The notes beneath the pieces are model-generated. The model saw only the letters and a program-made list of their open reading frames with translations, had not been told where the DNA came from and did not search any database. The translations under genes were made by a program, and so were the position numbers. DNA of 64,000 bases from an uncultured Geobacteraceae bacterium. GTDB lineage: Bacteria > Desulfobacterota > Desulfuromonadia > Geobacterales > Pseudopelobacteraceae. This document shows positions 19,039 to 29,150 of this stretch, one piece after another; within the stretch, counting starts at the first letter, position 1; every line of letters starts with the position of its first letter. Where the stretch lies: the NCBI GenBank assembly GCA_903901875.1, contig CAIUSO010000142.1, positions 9,836-73,835 on the forward strand, given 5' to 3'.

Positions 19039-21372
19039 ATGGCCCCACTCTTTATTGTCGGTACCGGACCCGGTGCCCCCTGTCACCTGACTGATGCCGC
19101 CAAGGATGCCATTGCGGCATCGGATGTTATCGTCGGTTACGGCAGCTACGTCGAGCAGGTACGTCCCCTCTTGGAGGGGAAGCAGATCATCGCCACCGGT
19201 ATGATGCAGGAGGTGCAGCGCTGTCGGGAAGCGATTCGGCTGGCCCGTTCCGGCGAAGCGGTTGCCCTCATTTCCGGCGGAGACTCGGGTATATACGGAA
19301 TGGCCGGACTGGTGCTTGAACTGGTGGAAACTGACAGATGTCAGAATCCGGCCGAACCGACCGTTGATGTAAGGATCATTCCGGGTATTTCCGCAGTTCA
19401 GGCGGCGGCATCACAACTGGGTGCTCCCCTGATGCATGACTTTGCTGTCATCTCTCTTTCCGATCTGCTGACCCCCTGGCCGTTGATACAAACCAGGCTG
19501 GAGGCGGCGGCGCGGGCCGATTTTGTCATTGCCATCTATAACCCCCGCAGTAAAACCCGCAGGACTCAAATAGAGGAGGCGCGCCGGATCATTCTGGCCC
19601 ACCGTTCACCCCTGACGCCTGCGGGGATTGTCCGCAATGCCTGCCGTGAGGGACAGGTCGTTGTGGTGACCACCTTGGGCGAGCTGCTTGACCATGAAAT
19701 CGACATGACCAGTATTGTCCTGGTGGGCAACGCCAGCACCCGCATTGACGGGGAGGGGCGTATGGTTACCCCCCGGGGCTATGCTGCAAAATACGCTGCC
19801 GTTTCTGAAGCGTCCGCTGGTGCGGATGGTGAAGTGGTCCCCCGAAAGCCGGGAGCTGTCATGTTCTGCGGTACCGCTTCAGACGTGGGGAAATCCATTC
19901 TCACCGCCGGGTTCTGCCGTTATCTGGTGAGGCAGGGCATGACCGTAGCTCCTTTTAAATCCCAGAATATGTCGTTAAATTCCTTTGTGACCCCGGAGGG
20001 GGGAGAAATAGGACGAGCCCAGGCGGTTCAGGCCGAAGCGTGCCTTATCCCGCCCCATACCGATATGAATCCGGTTCTCCTTAAGCCCAACTCCGATACC
20101 GGCAGCCAGATCGTGCTGCAGGGACGACCGGTTGCCAATATGTCCGTAACCGAGTATGACCGCTATAAGCCGGTTGCCTTTGAAAAAATTCGGGAAAGTT
20201 TCGAGCGTCTCCGTTCCGGGTACTCGTTTGTTGTTATCGAAGGGGCGGGGAGTATTTCGGAAATCAATCTTCGCAGCAAAGATATTGCCAATATGAAGAT
20301 TGCAGAGCTGGCCGACTGTCCGGTGATTCTGGTGGCCGACATTGATCGGGGTGGGGTCTTTGCCCAGATTGTCGGTACCATTGACCTGCTGGAGCCGGAA
20401 GAACGGGCACGGGTCAAGGGGGTCATCATTAACAAATTCCGTGGTGATGTTACTATTTTGACACCCGGTATCGAGTTTATCGAACAACGGACCGGTGTGC
20501 CGGTTCTTGGCATACTTCCCTGGCTTAAGGATATCCGTCTTCCTGACGAAGACAGCGTGGCACTTGTCCGTCAACGGAGCAGCCGCAGCGCAGAATCGAG
20601 TGATGGCAGGATACGAATCGGCGTCATCAGGCTGCCGAGGATCTCCAATTTTACCGATTTTGAGCCGTTACAGCGGGAAGACGATGTCCAGCTTTCCTAC
20701 ATCGAACAGCCGTCGGAAGTGGCTGGTCTTGATGTGTTAATAATACCGGGAAGCAAGTCAACCATCGCCGATCTTGCTTTCTTGCGGGAGCGGGGACTGT
20801 TTGAGGCGATTCGTACTTTTCCTGGGAAAATTATCGGCATTTGCGGTGGATTCCAGATGCTTGGCACCACCCTGCTTGATCCCCACGGAGTGGAATCCTC
20901 CGTGGCAGAAGCCCGGGGTCTTGACCTCCTTCCGTCCACGACTGAGCTCTTGCCGGAGAAAGCCACCCATCAGGTTCGCGCTCGTCTTACCGAGGCAGGG
21001 CGGATAGTCGCTCCCGAGGGGGAAGGGGAGCTTGTCGGGTATGAAATTCATATGGGTGTGACTACTCTGGCTGGGGGAACGGCACCCTTTTCACGGGTAA
21101 CACGCCGTGGCGACACTCCGGTGTCCATTGAAGAAGGTGCCATCACCTCCGACGGGCGGATTTTTGGCAGTTACCTCCATGGTCTCTGTGATAACGATGG
21201 TTTCCGGAGGAGTTATCTCAATGAAATCCGCCGTGGCAAGGGAATGCCGCTTTCCAGTGGCCCGGTGGTGGCGGTTTCCGATCCCTTCGATCAACTGGCG
21301 CGTCAATTGGAGGAACATCTCAACATGGCTGCCCTTTTGAACATCTGTGGACTGGATAGTGACGGTCGCTGA
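19039..21372 (+). CDS. Fusion of precorrin-3B/cobalt-factor III C17-methyltransferase (CbiH/CobJ-like) and cobyric acid synthase (CobQ/CbiP)
   Basis: The N-terminal 245 aa read FIVGTGPGAPCHLT...VIVGYGSYV...ISGGDSGIYGMAGL (tetrapyrrole methylase). After a roughly 20-aa linker comes MFCGTASDVGKSILTAGFCR...APFKSQNMSLNS...ICGGFQMLG (CobQ with its GATase domain). It is a single uninterrupted 777-aa ORF. Confidence 0.85.
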   Translation: MAPLFIVGTGPGAPCHLTDAAKDAIAASDVIVGYGSYVEQVRPLLEGKQIIATGMMQEVQRCREAIRLARSGEAVALISGGDSGIYGMAGLVLELVETDRCQNPAEPTVDVRIIPGISAVQAAASQLGAPLMHDFAVISLSDLLTPWPLIQTRLEAAARADFVIAIYNPRSKTRRTQIEEARRIILAHRSPLTPAGIVRNACREGQVVVVTTLGELLDHEIDMTSIVLVGNASTRIDGEGRMVTPRGYAAKYAAVSEASAGADGEVVPRKPGAVMFCGTASDVGKSILTAGFCRYLVRQGMTVAPFKSQNMSLNSFVTPEGGEIGRAQAVQAEACLIPPHTDMNPVLLKPNSDTGSQIVLQGRPVANMSVTEYDRYKPVAFEKIRESFERLRSGYSFVVIEGAGSISEINLRSKDIANMKIAELADCPVILVADIDRGGVFAQIVGTIDLLEPEERARVKGVIINKFRGDVTILTPGIEFIEQRTGVPVLGILPWLKDIRLPDEDSVALVRQRSSRSAESSDGRIRIGVIRLPRISNFTDFEPLQREDDVQLSYIEQPSEVAGLDVLIIPGSKSTIADLAFLRERGLFEAIRTFPGKIIGICGGFQMLGTTLLDPHGVESSVAEARGLDLLPSTTELLPEKATHQVRARLTEAGRIVAPEGEGELVGYEIHMGVTTLAGGTAPFSRVTRRGDTPVSIEEGAITSDGRIFGSYLHGLCDNDGFRRSYLNEIRRGKGMPLSSGPVVAVSDPFDQLARQLEEHLNMAALLNICGLDSDGR

Positions 21373-22330
21373 TCCGTCACTCATAGTACTCGCACTCTGC
21401 CTCGATCTGATTCTGGGAGATCCGGCCTGGCTTCCCCATCCGGTGGTGGGTATTGGACGACTGATCACTCAGCTTGATTCCGGCCTGCGGCAAACGTGGC
21501 TCAACGAGCGACTGGCCGGTGTGCTGATGCTGCTTCTGGTTACTTCCGCTGCCGGTGGCACCGTGTGGGCCATACTTCACTTCGTTTCAGACTGGTCGTC
21601 TGTCGCAGGCTGGCTGGTTGCCAGTATGATTTCCGCCACCTGCCTTGCCACCCGTTCCCTGCATCGGGAGTCTGGCCGGGTGGCCGATGCACTGGTGGCA
21701 GGCAATCTTCCGGAGGCGCGGAAATACCTCTCCTACATCGTCGGTCGTGATACGGGACATCTGGGGGAGGATGAAATCTGGCGGGGAGTAATCGAAACGG
21801 TGGCCGAAAACAGTTGTGACGGCATCATGGCACCCCTGTTCTGGTTGACAATCGGGGGACCGGTGGGGGCCATGGTCTACAAAGGGGTCAGTACCCTTGA
21901 TTCCATGGTAGGGTACCGCAATCCCCGCTATCTTCAGATCGGGTGGGCCTCGGCCCGCATGGATGACCTGCTTAATTTTATCCCGGCCCGTCTTACGGCA
22001 CTGCTGTTGATTCTTGCGGCACCATTTGCCGGCTGTTCCCCTGCTGCAGGCCTCAAGATCGTTCTCAGGGATCGGCATAATCACCCCTCCCCCAACAGCG
22101 GCCACCCGGAAGCGGCAGCGGCCGGAGCGTTGGGGGTACGTCTCGGTGGTGAAGCCTGTTACGGAGGGGTTCCGTCATGGAAGGAATACATCGGCGATCC
22201 CCTTTACCCCCACGATGAGCGGGCCTATCGCACCCTGATCAAGCTCATGTATATTTCGACACTGCTGATGGCGGCCATTTGCCTCACCGTTGCAGTTTGT
22301 CTGAGAGGATTCCATGTCCCGTATCTATGA
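21347..22330 (+). CDS. cbiB: Adenosylcobinamide-phosphate synthase (CobD/CbiB family)
   Basis: Membrane protein with LILGDPAWLPHPVVGIGRLI, IVGRDT and HPSPNSGHPEAA motifs. It overlaps the previous gene by 26 nt. Confidence 0.9.
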   Translation: MDWIVTVADPSLIVLALCLDLILGDPAWLPHPVVGIGRLITQLDSGLRQTWLNERLAGVLMLLLVTSAAGGTVWAILHFVSDWSSVAGWLVASMISATCLATRSLHRESGRVADALVAGNLPEARKYLSYIVGRDTGHLGEDEIWRGVIETVAENSCDGIMAPLFWLTIGGPVGAMVYKGVSTLDSMVGYRNPRYLQIGWASARMDDLLNFIPARLTALLLILAAPFAGCSPAAGLKIVLRDRHNHPSPNSGHPEAAAAGALGVRLGGEACYGGVPSWKEYIGDPLYPHDERAYRTLIKLMYISTLLMAAICLTVAVCLRGFHVPYL

Positions 22331-23396
22331 TCATGGTGGTAATGTTTTTGCCGTAGCCCGATCCCTCGGCGTTGCGCCGGAGCAGATCACCGATTTCTCT
22401 GCCAGTATCAACCCTCTCGGCCTCTCGTCTTCCGTGCGGGAGGCCATCATCGGCTCCCTGAACCGATTGGTCCATTACCCCGATTCGAGCCACGATCGGT
22501 TGAAACATGCGTTGGCGACATATCATCGATTATCCCCTGACCATTTCACCATTGGCAATGGTTCTACGGAGCTGATTTACCATATCCCCCTGCTGCTTAC
22601 CGCCGGAACCGCCCTGTTGATTTCCCCCTCGTTCAGTGAATATGCCAGTTCCCTTGCGCTCCATGGCTGGCAGGTGGGGCGGCTCATACTGGAACCCCAG
22701 CGAAACTTTACGATTGATCTGGAAGAGCTGGAACGGCGTCTGGCTACCGGTGTGGAGCTGCTGATTCTCTGCAATCCTGGCAGTCCGTCCGGCCGGTTGC
22801 ATCCACCAGAGGTCATCGGCCAGATTGCCGAACTATGCCGAGTTGCTGGTACCTTTCTGCTGCTTGATGAAGCGTTCATGGATTTCAGTGAACCTGCCTC
22901 GGCCAAACATCTGCTGGTGGGGTATGACCGGGCGATCATTCTCCGTTCCATGACAAAATTTTTCGGTATTCCCGGTCTGCGTCTCGGGTATGCCATCTCC
23001 AATGCAGCTCTTGCCGGGCGTCTCGATCTGCCCGGCGGTCCTTGGCGGGTCAATACCCTGGCTCTGGAGGCCGGTGTGGCGGCTCTTGAAGATCTGCAGC
23101 ATAATCGGGAAACCCTGGCATATGTTGAACGAGAACGGGAGCAGTTGTTCAGGGGGCTGTCCCGGTTTTCCTGGCTCAGACCGTACCGCTCCACGACAAA
23201 TTACCTTCTGGTGGAAATAGTCGGAGGTATGCCGGCCCGACTGCTCAAGGAACGACTGCTTTCCCACTTGATTTTGATACGGGACTGCTCCAATTTTGAG
23301 GGGCTTTCGGACTATTTCTTTCGGGTAGCGGTACGGACGGGTGAGGAAAATCGGCGGTTACTGGAATGTCTGGAGGCGGTTTGGTTAATGGCCTAA
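22314..23396 (+). CDS. cobD: Threonine-phosphate decarboxylase (CobD, class I/II aminotransferase fold)
   Basis: YDHGGNVF near the N-terminus, DFSASINPLG, and the SMTKFFGIPGLRLGY PLP-lysine motif. It overlaps cbiB by 17 nt. Confidence 0.8.
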   Translation: MSRIYDHGGNVFAVARSLGVAPEQITDFSASINPLGLSSSVREAIIGSLNRLVHYPDSSHDRLKHALATYHRLSPDHFTIGNGSTELIYHIPLLLTAGTALLISPSFSEYASSLALHGWQVGRLILEPQRNFTIDLEELERRLATGVELLILCNPGSPSGRLHPPEVIGQIAELCRVAGTFLLLDEAFMDFSEPASAKHLLVGYDRAIILRSMTKFFGIPGLRLGYAISNAALAGRLDLPGGPWRVNTLALEAGVAALEDLQHNRETLAYVEREREQLFRGLSRFSWLRPYRSTTNYLLVEIVGGMPARLLKERLLSHLILIRDCSNFEGLSDYFFRVAVRTGEENRRLLECLEAVWLMA

Positions 23397-23491
23397 ATTC
23401 CCGAAAAAACATACCTATGCCACGCCGGTGGATGTGTACCTCAAGGTTGCTGAGAATCTGTCGCTGACGCTTGGTTGGTTCAGTCATATAA

Positions 23492-23515
23492 CATTGCCAG
23501 ATTGAGTTGGCAATG
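23492..23515 (-). terminator. Hairpin downstream of the GGDEF-EAL gene
   Basis: CATTGCCA gattgagt TGGCAATG has a perfect 8-bp stem and lies 16 nt after the stop at 23531. The U tract is poor. Confidence 0.35.
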
Positions 23516-23530
23516 ATTCACCGTCACTTC

Positions 23531-26251
23531 CTACCCGGCAATTATGCCTTTCACACCAATAATTTGGGCCTGTTTAACCATGCGTATGACTTCCTCTGGT
23601 GAAATCGGCTTAGCAAGAGCATAGCCTTGAAACTCATGGCATCCTTCACTCTTAAGGAAATTAAACTGGTCAACATCCTCAGCTCCTTCTGCGATTACTC
23701 TCAGATTGAGGTTGCGAGCCATTGCAATAATCGTTCTGGTAATAGCAGCATCATCTTTGTTAACCATGATATCTTTTACAAATGAACGATCAATTTTGAG
23801 ACGATCAATAGGCAACCGTTTTAGATATTCCAGCGAGGAGTAACCGGTGCCAAAATCATCCAGAGCAATGCCTATCCCCACGTTTTTAAACTGCTGGAGC
23901 ACTGAGATGGTTTCTTCAACATGTGACATTAATACGGATTCAGTCAGCTCCAGTTCTAGTAGACCTGGGGGGATGTTGCTCTCACTGATAATGTTTTCAA
24001 CAGTCTCTACAAAATTGCTTTGCGCAAACTGTTTTGCGGAGACATTAACGGCAACACGTAATGATAAACCATCTTCATGGTACCATTTGGCTGCCTGACA
24101 ACAGGCGGTTTTAAGTACCCAGTATCCCAATTTGTTGATCAGCCCTACCTCTTCCGCAATAGAGATAAATTCATTCGGACCTACAACCCCCTTTTGTGGA
24201 TGACGCCATCTGACCAGAGCTTCAACACCGATGATTCTATCGCTGCTGAACTCTGCTTGCGGTTGATATAAGAGGAACAGCTCGTCAGGGATGGCAATAC
24301 GCAAGTCTGCCTCAAAGGTAAAGCGTTCCTGCGTCTGCTGGGCAATATGGGCATCAAAATACTGACAGTTGTTTTTTCCGGCGGCCTTAGCGCGATACAT
24401 GGCCACATCGGCATTCTGAAACAGAACAGCGGCCTCATTGCCATCATCAGGATAGATACATACACCGACGCTCGCTCCAACATGTACTCGAGATCCCTCT
24501 ATCATGATAGGTGCTGACACAGCATCAATTATCGCCCGAGCTATTCGTTTAACCGTGATAGTGTCAGAAATTTCTTCGAGGAGGATAATAAACTCGTCTC
24601 CACCCAAACGCGCAACGGTATCAGTACTGCGTAGGCAACTGACCAGCCGCTTGGAGACTATTTGAAGAAGTTCATCGCCCGCATGATGCCCAAGTGTGTC
24701 ATTTACTTTTTTAAAATCATCAAGATCAACGAGCAGGACTGCCAATTGTCTGCCATTGCGTTCTGCATTCAGTATTGCATGAGAAAAGCGATCATTAAAC
24801 AGCTGGCGATTAGGGAGTCCGGTTAAAAAGTCATAATGCGCAAGATGGTAGATCCGCTCCGAAGACTCTTTCTGCTCGGTAATATCCTCGTTTGTCCCTA
24901 TATAATAGAGGACTTCGCCGGAATTATTGCAAACGGAGGATATATGTAGAAGGCACGCAAATCCATCGCCGTTCTTTTTCCGATTCCATATTTCACCCAA
25001 CCATTCACCATTATTTATTAAGTTTTCCCAAAGCGTTTTATAAAATTCTGTTTCCTGTTTGTTTGATCTAAGAATACGCGGCGTTTTGCCGATTGCCTCC
25101 TCAGGAGAGTAGCCAGTCGCATCGGTAAAATATTTGTTGACCCGAAGAATGATGCCTTGAGGATCTGTTACCAACATGGATTGCCTGCTCTGTTCAAAAA
25201 CCTGCGCCGCAAGATCCAGCTCAGCTTGCTGGTCAATCAGTGCCTGATTTGAAGCCGCTAAAACAGACATATTGTGTATTCCATTTTTCCAGTCGCAATA
25301 TATCCAACGTGCAGCATAGAGCGTACTGAAGCAGAATATTGTTACGAGCAAGATGTTTTTGATCTGGTCACGGCACCAGGCTGATAGATATTCTTTCTTT
25401 GAGAGTCCAACTATAAGGTGAAAAGGAAACTTAGATAGTTTATTGTAATAGTATGTTCGCTCGACGTGGTCTGTAAGGGGAATGGCAGTGTAATAAACGT
25501 CGTCCCGTCCAGATGCCAAAATACGCTTCAAGCTGTCCGATAAATCCTTTTTCCCTACGGCACTCGCTCCTCCAGGCAGAACAGGATAGTGTGTAACAAT
25601 ACCAAGATCTTCGCCCCGTAAGGAAATTACACCATTTTTACCCAGTTTAATGGTTGAAAAAAGTTCATAAAAGGAGTCCAGATAAATTCCGGCTGCAACT
25701 ATTCCACCAAATGAACCATCAGGTAAACTAAAGCGACGGGACAGAAATATGGTCCACTTTCCTGTTGTACGTCCAATGAGGGGTTTTGAAATGACCAGCT
25801 GTGCGTTCGGATCATCATGCTGACGAATGAAATAGTCGCGATCACCAATGTTTATAGGTGGGCCGGCCCCCTCGTCAAACAACATGTTACCCCGACAGTC
25901 AGCTAGTCTTATAATGTCAACAAAAGGAATTTGTTCATGGATTTGTTTCAGATGAACAATGGTTGAATGCTCATCAATTCCAGTGGCCGTTTGTCTTTCG
26001 TAAATTTCATCTACCGCCCAACGAAGCGCAATATCAATTTTTTCGAATTTATTTATAAGAATCTGCTCAATGGCATTTGAAACATTTTTTGTGGAAATCT
26101 GAGCCTGCTCCTCATAGTTGGTCTTGGATTCGTACGCAGAGTGACACACTATCAGGATAACAAACAGGTCGACCAATAGTACTGCCCCGGCTAAGCGTGA
26201 GAGAAATGTCTTGGTAGACATTAAATAAGTTGTATTTCGTAATTTCATCAA
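23531..26251 (-). CDS. Membrane sensor with a periplasmic Cache-like domain, PAS, GGDEF and EAL domains
   Basis: N-terminal TM segment, about 270 aa of periplasmic region, a second TM segment, then PAS (TDATGYSPEEAIGK). Then RLGGDEFIIL (GGDEF) and EALVRW...ELTES...DDFGTGYSSL...KIDRSF (EAL). Confidence 0.9.
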   Translation of the reverse strand: MMKLRNTTYLMSTKTFLSRLAGAVLLVDLFVILIVCHSAYESKTNYEEQAQISTKNVSNAIEQILINKFEKIDIALRWAVDEIYERQTATGIDEHSTIVHLKQIHEQIPFVDIIRLADCRGNMLFDEGAGPPINIGDRDYFIRQHDDPNAQLVISKPLIGRTTGKWTIFLSRRFSLPDGSFGGIVAAGIYLDSFYELFSTIKLGKNGVISLRGEDLGIVTHYPVLPGGASAVGKKDLSDSLKRILASGRDDVYYTAIPLTDHVERTYYYNKLSKFPFHLIVGLSKKEYLSAWCRDQIKNILLVTIFCFSTLYAARWIYCDWKNGIHNMSVLAASNQALIDQQAELDLAAQVFEQSRQSMLVTDPQGIILRVNKYFTDATGYSPEEAIGKTPRILRSNKQETEFYKTLWENLINNGEWLGEIWNRKKNGDGFACLLHISSVCNNSGEVLYYIGTNEDITEQKESSERIYHLAHYDFLTGLPNRQLFNDRFSHAILNAERNGRQLAVLLVDLDDFKKVNDTLGHHAGDELLQIVSKRLVSCLRSTDTVARLGGDEFIILLEEISDTITVKRIARAIIDAVSAPIMIEGSRVHVGASVGVCIYPDDGNEAAVLFQNADVAMYRAKAAGKNNCQYFDAHIAQQTQERFTFEADLRIAIPDELFLLYQPQAEFSSDRIIGVEALVRWRHPQKGVVGPNEFISIAEEVGLINKLGYWVLKTACCQAAKWYHEDGLSLRVAVNVSAKQFAQSNFVETVENIISESNIPPGLLELELTESVLMSHVEETISVLQQFKNVGIGIALDDFGTGYSSLEYLKRLPIDRLKIDRSFVKDIMVNKDDAAITRTIIAMARNLNLRVIAEGAEDVDQFNFLKSEGCHEFQGYALAKPISPEEVIRMVKQAQIIGVKGIIAG

Positions 26252-26326
26252 TCAAATCTCCAACGTACACGAAACAAGAGGGTTTACATGATAGCCGACG
26301 ATATTATTGAGGACGTGTGCCACGGT

Positions 26327-29041
26327 TCAGACTGCAACGGATATGTAGGCAGAATACTCGCGATCATACTCCAACATATGTTTTTTTATAACTTCGTAAA
26401 CAAGAAACTCAAAAACGTCTCCAACATGAATTTCATTTGAGTTGAAATCTTCGGCCAGATCAAGAGCTCTTTTTTTGAGTTTTTCATGTTCGATGGCATG
26501 TTGCTTCACGAAAGGATACCCTATTGATTCGAGAATATGTTCCTCATCAATAAAGTGTTTCGTAATATCATCAAGCAGTTGAGAAATAATATTTGAAATT
26601 TCTTCCTTCGTGCTGGATTTAATAATTACATGTAATAGCTTGTTTGAATTAAGAAACAGAGTCTTATGCTGGTCATCAATCAACTCATTCCCCAGAGTAA
26701 ATGACTCCTGCCAGACAAGTTGCACGAAATTATCGTCTAACTGCTCAGGGTAAACATCATTGTACTCTATACGGTTACGCCCAAGAGCTTTGGCTTTATA
26801 AAGCAGTTCGTCTGCACGGGCTACAATTTCTGAAGCTGATTCTTCATTATGGCATACTATTGTAACAACCCCCAAACTGGCTGTTACACAATTCGCTGTA
26901 TCAGACCATTCATGGGGTATAGCAAGATTAATGATGCCTTGACGAATCCTTTCAGCGATAAGCAGGGCCCCGTGCTGGTCAGTATCAGGAAGGATACACG
27001 CGAACTCTTCACCGCCATACCGGGCGGCCAGATCACCGGGCCGAACAGCACTCTTATCAATCACTCCAGCAAGCTGTTGCAGACACTTATCGCCACTCAC
27101 ATGGCCATAGTTGTCGTTGAAAAGCTTGAAACAATCAATATCAAGCATTATGAGTGATAATTCTGATTCGGTACGAGCAAGTCGAGAATATTCTCTGAGC
27201 AGAACATCATCAAACTGACGACGATTAGCTATGCCGGTCAAACCATCAGTTGTGCTCAGCGAAACAAGTCTGCTGTTTGCCTCTCCTAACTCCGTATTCA
27301 AGTGTTCAAGCTCTTGCTGCACCTGTTTTATCTCGGTAACATCGGTTACCAATACATAAAATCCGACAATTTGGCCGTTATACAGGTCTGGGATATAGCT
27401 GGACTGGGAGTGGCGAATACCACCGCCATCGGGAACTGGTATGGCGCGCTCGAAGTGCTGAATCTCACCACGCAATGCCCCCTCAATATATGCCAGGTTA
27501 AGCTGATAGCGCTCTTCGCCAATCACTTCCCGGATATGCATACCAGGCATGGAGTCCGGATCAATGCCAAACCATTCACGGTATGCGTGGTTGCCGAAGC
27601 GGCACCGAAGGTCGTGGTTCCAGTAACCGATCATGGCTGGCATATTGTTGAGTATTAACTTCATATCCCGCTCGCGCTGCTCAAGCTTTTGATACGTCTG
27701 TTTGAGATTGGAAATATCAATGTGGGTGATAACAGCACCTCCGTTTTCCGATCGAAGTGGTTCAACCTTCATCAAGAACCAGCGCTTTACAGCTGGAGAA
27801 TGACACGGGTATTCCAGCGAAAATGAATCCGCCTTACCGGCAAGCACCGAACTGATACCATCCAGTGCTTCCAGCGCTTGATCAGAATAATCACCGTAAC
27901 TCCCACGGCATACATCGAGGTAACTGGTTCCCTCTCTGTAATGACGGGGAAGATTGCCATCTGCCGTGCGATTGGTCTCGGCAAAGTTGGTCCATGCATC
28001 ATTGACGGATACAATAACTCCGCTCTTATCAAGTATTGCTACGGGCGAATTAATTGAATCAAGTAATGCCCGGTTATATTCGGCAGTTCTGGCTAACTCG
28101 GTGCTACGTTGCAGCATTCTTCTGGTGATGAATATGCCTGATGAAGAGAGGAGCAGGTACAGCGACAGCTGTATAGCATAGTTGATTTTCCAGCGTACAA
28201 GCACTTCATTCAGATTACGACTGGCACCAACGATAAAATGTTTATCGACGCGAAGGTCCTTTGAAGAGTTGGTAATATAGGCAAAAACACGGTAATCGCC
28301 GGTCGTAGCACTCTGGCCACTCTGGATGGAAGCCGATTTGCCCTCTTGTACGTGCCGATACATGAGAGAACCTGGCTTCATAAGATTTTTACCGACAACG
28401 GAATTATTATCGTCCGGTATTGCAGTAAAAATAGTGCCTTCGGAATGGATCAGCGCAATCCGGTTGTCCGGGGCAAAAATGGTTGATTTAAGCAGAGTCT
28501 GAAAATAGTCCTGAGAGAGAGAAACAGTAATGACCCCTTTGAATTCACCCTGTGTTCCTTCGATTGGCCTTGTAATATTCATTATATAAGGGCCAAGAAC
28601 GGATTTGAACGGTGGCGACAGAAAGAGCATATTTTTGTCTGGAGCGTTTCGCGTTGCGACGAAGTAGTCACGATTACTGAAGTCTAATCCCACAAGCTCT
28701 TCCCGGTTAGAGTGGATGACGCTCCCCCACTCATCGATAACGAGAAGTGAACGTACACCAGGCATTCGGTTGCATTGGGTTTTCAGAAAGCTGTCAAACT
28801 TGTTGGAGGGAATATCGTTTAACTCGTGCGTAATATATTCGAGGGCCAATCTGGAGGTTAACAGATTTGAAGTGAGGTTTTCATCAACAACTCGTGCCTG
28901 AGCCATCAGACGTTCTTCGAGCTGGTGAACTTCCCAACGGTAATCAGCAATGGAGCGTACCACCAGTAGCAGTGCTATGGTTGCCATAACTGAGAGCACT
29001 AAAGCCCATATAGTTCGATGCGAGGAATTTGTAACTTTCAT
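26327..29041 (-). CDS. Membrane sensor with a Cache-like domain, two PAS domains, GGDEF and a C-terminal hemerythrin-like domain
   Basis: RYGGEEFACIL (GGEEF active site) with a candidate RxxD I-site motif. The C-terminal 130 aa read LVWQESFTLGNELIDDQHKTLF...HFIDEEHIL...HAIEHEKL...HMLEYDREY, matching the hemerythrin His/Glu/Asp ligand pattern. Confidence 0.85.
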   Translation of the reverse strand: MKVTNSSHRTIWALVLSVMATIALLLVVRSIADYRWEVHQLEERLMAQARVVDENLTSNLLTSRLALEYITHELNDIPSNKFDSFLKTQCNRMPGVRSLLVIDEWGSVIHSNREELVGLDFSNRDYFVATRNAPDKNMLFLSPPFKSVLGPYIMNITRPIEGTQGEFKGVITVSLSQDYFQTLLKSTIFAPDNRIALIHSEGTIFTAIPDDNNSVVGKNLMKPGSLMYRHVQEGKSASIQSGQSATTGDYRVFAYITNSSKDLRVDKHFIVGASRNLNEVLVRWKINYAIQLSLYLLLSSSGIFITRRMLQRSTELARTAEYNRALLDSINSPVAILDKSGVIVSVNDAWTNFAETNRTADGNLPRHYREGTSYLDVCRGSYGDYSDQALEALDGISSVLAGKADSFSLEYPCHSPAVKRWFLMKVEPLRSENGGAVITHIDISNLKQTYQKLEQRERDMKLILNNMPAMIGYWNHDLRCRFGNHAYREWFGIDPDSMPGMHIREVIGEERYQLNLAYIEGALRGEIQHFERAIPVPDGGGIRHSQSSYIPDLYNGQIVGFYVLVTDVTEIKQVQQELEHLNTELGEANSRLVSLSTTDGLTGIANRRQFDDVLLREYSRLARTESELSLIMLDIDCFKLFNDNYGHVSGDKCLQQLAGVIDKSAVRPGDLAARYGGEEFACILPDTDQHGALLIAERIRQGIINLAIPHEWSDTANCVTASLGVVTIVCHNEESASEIVARADELLYKAKALGRNRIEYNDVYPEQLDDNFVQLVWQESFTLGNELIDDQHKTLFLNSNKLLHVIIKSSTKEEISNIISQLLDDITKHFIDEEHILESIGYPFVKQHAIEHEKLKKRALDLAEDFNSNEIHVGDVFEFLVYEVIKKHMLEYDREYSAYISVAV

Positions 29042-29150
29042 GGATACCTCAGACGCTATCTATTCTGTGTAAATCAAAAGTAAACTTCCAATTTGCATTC
29101 AGTACATATCAGGATCCTGTCAAGTGTACTGAGGCAAATAGCTGATGTGA

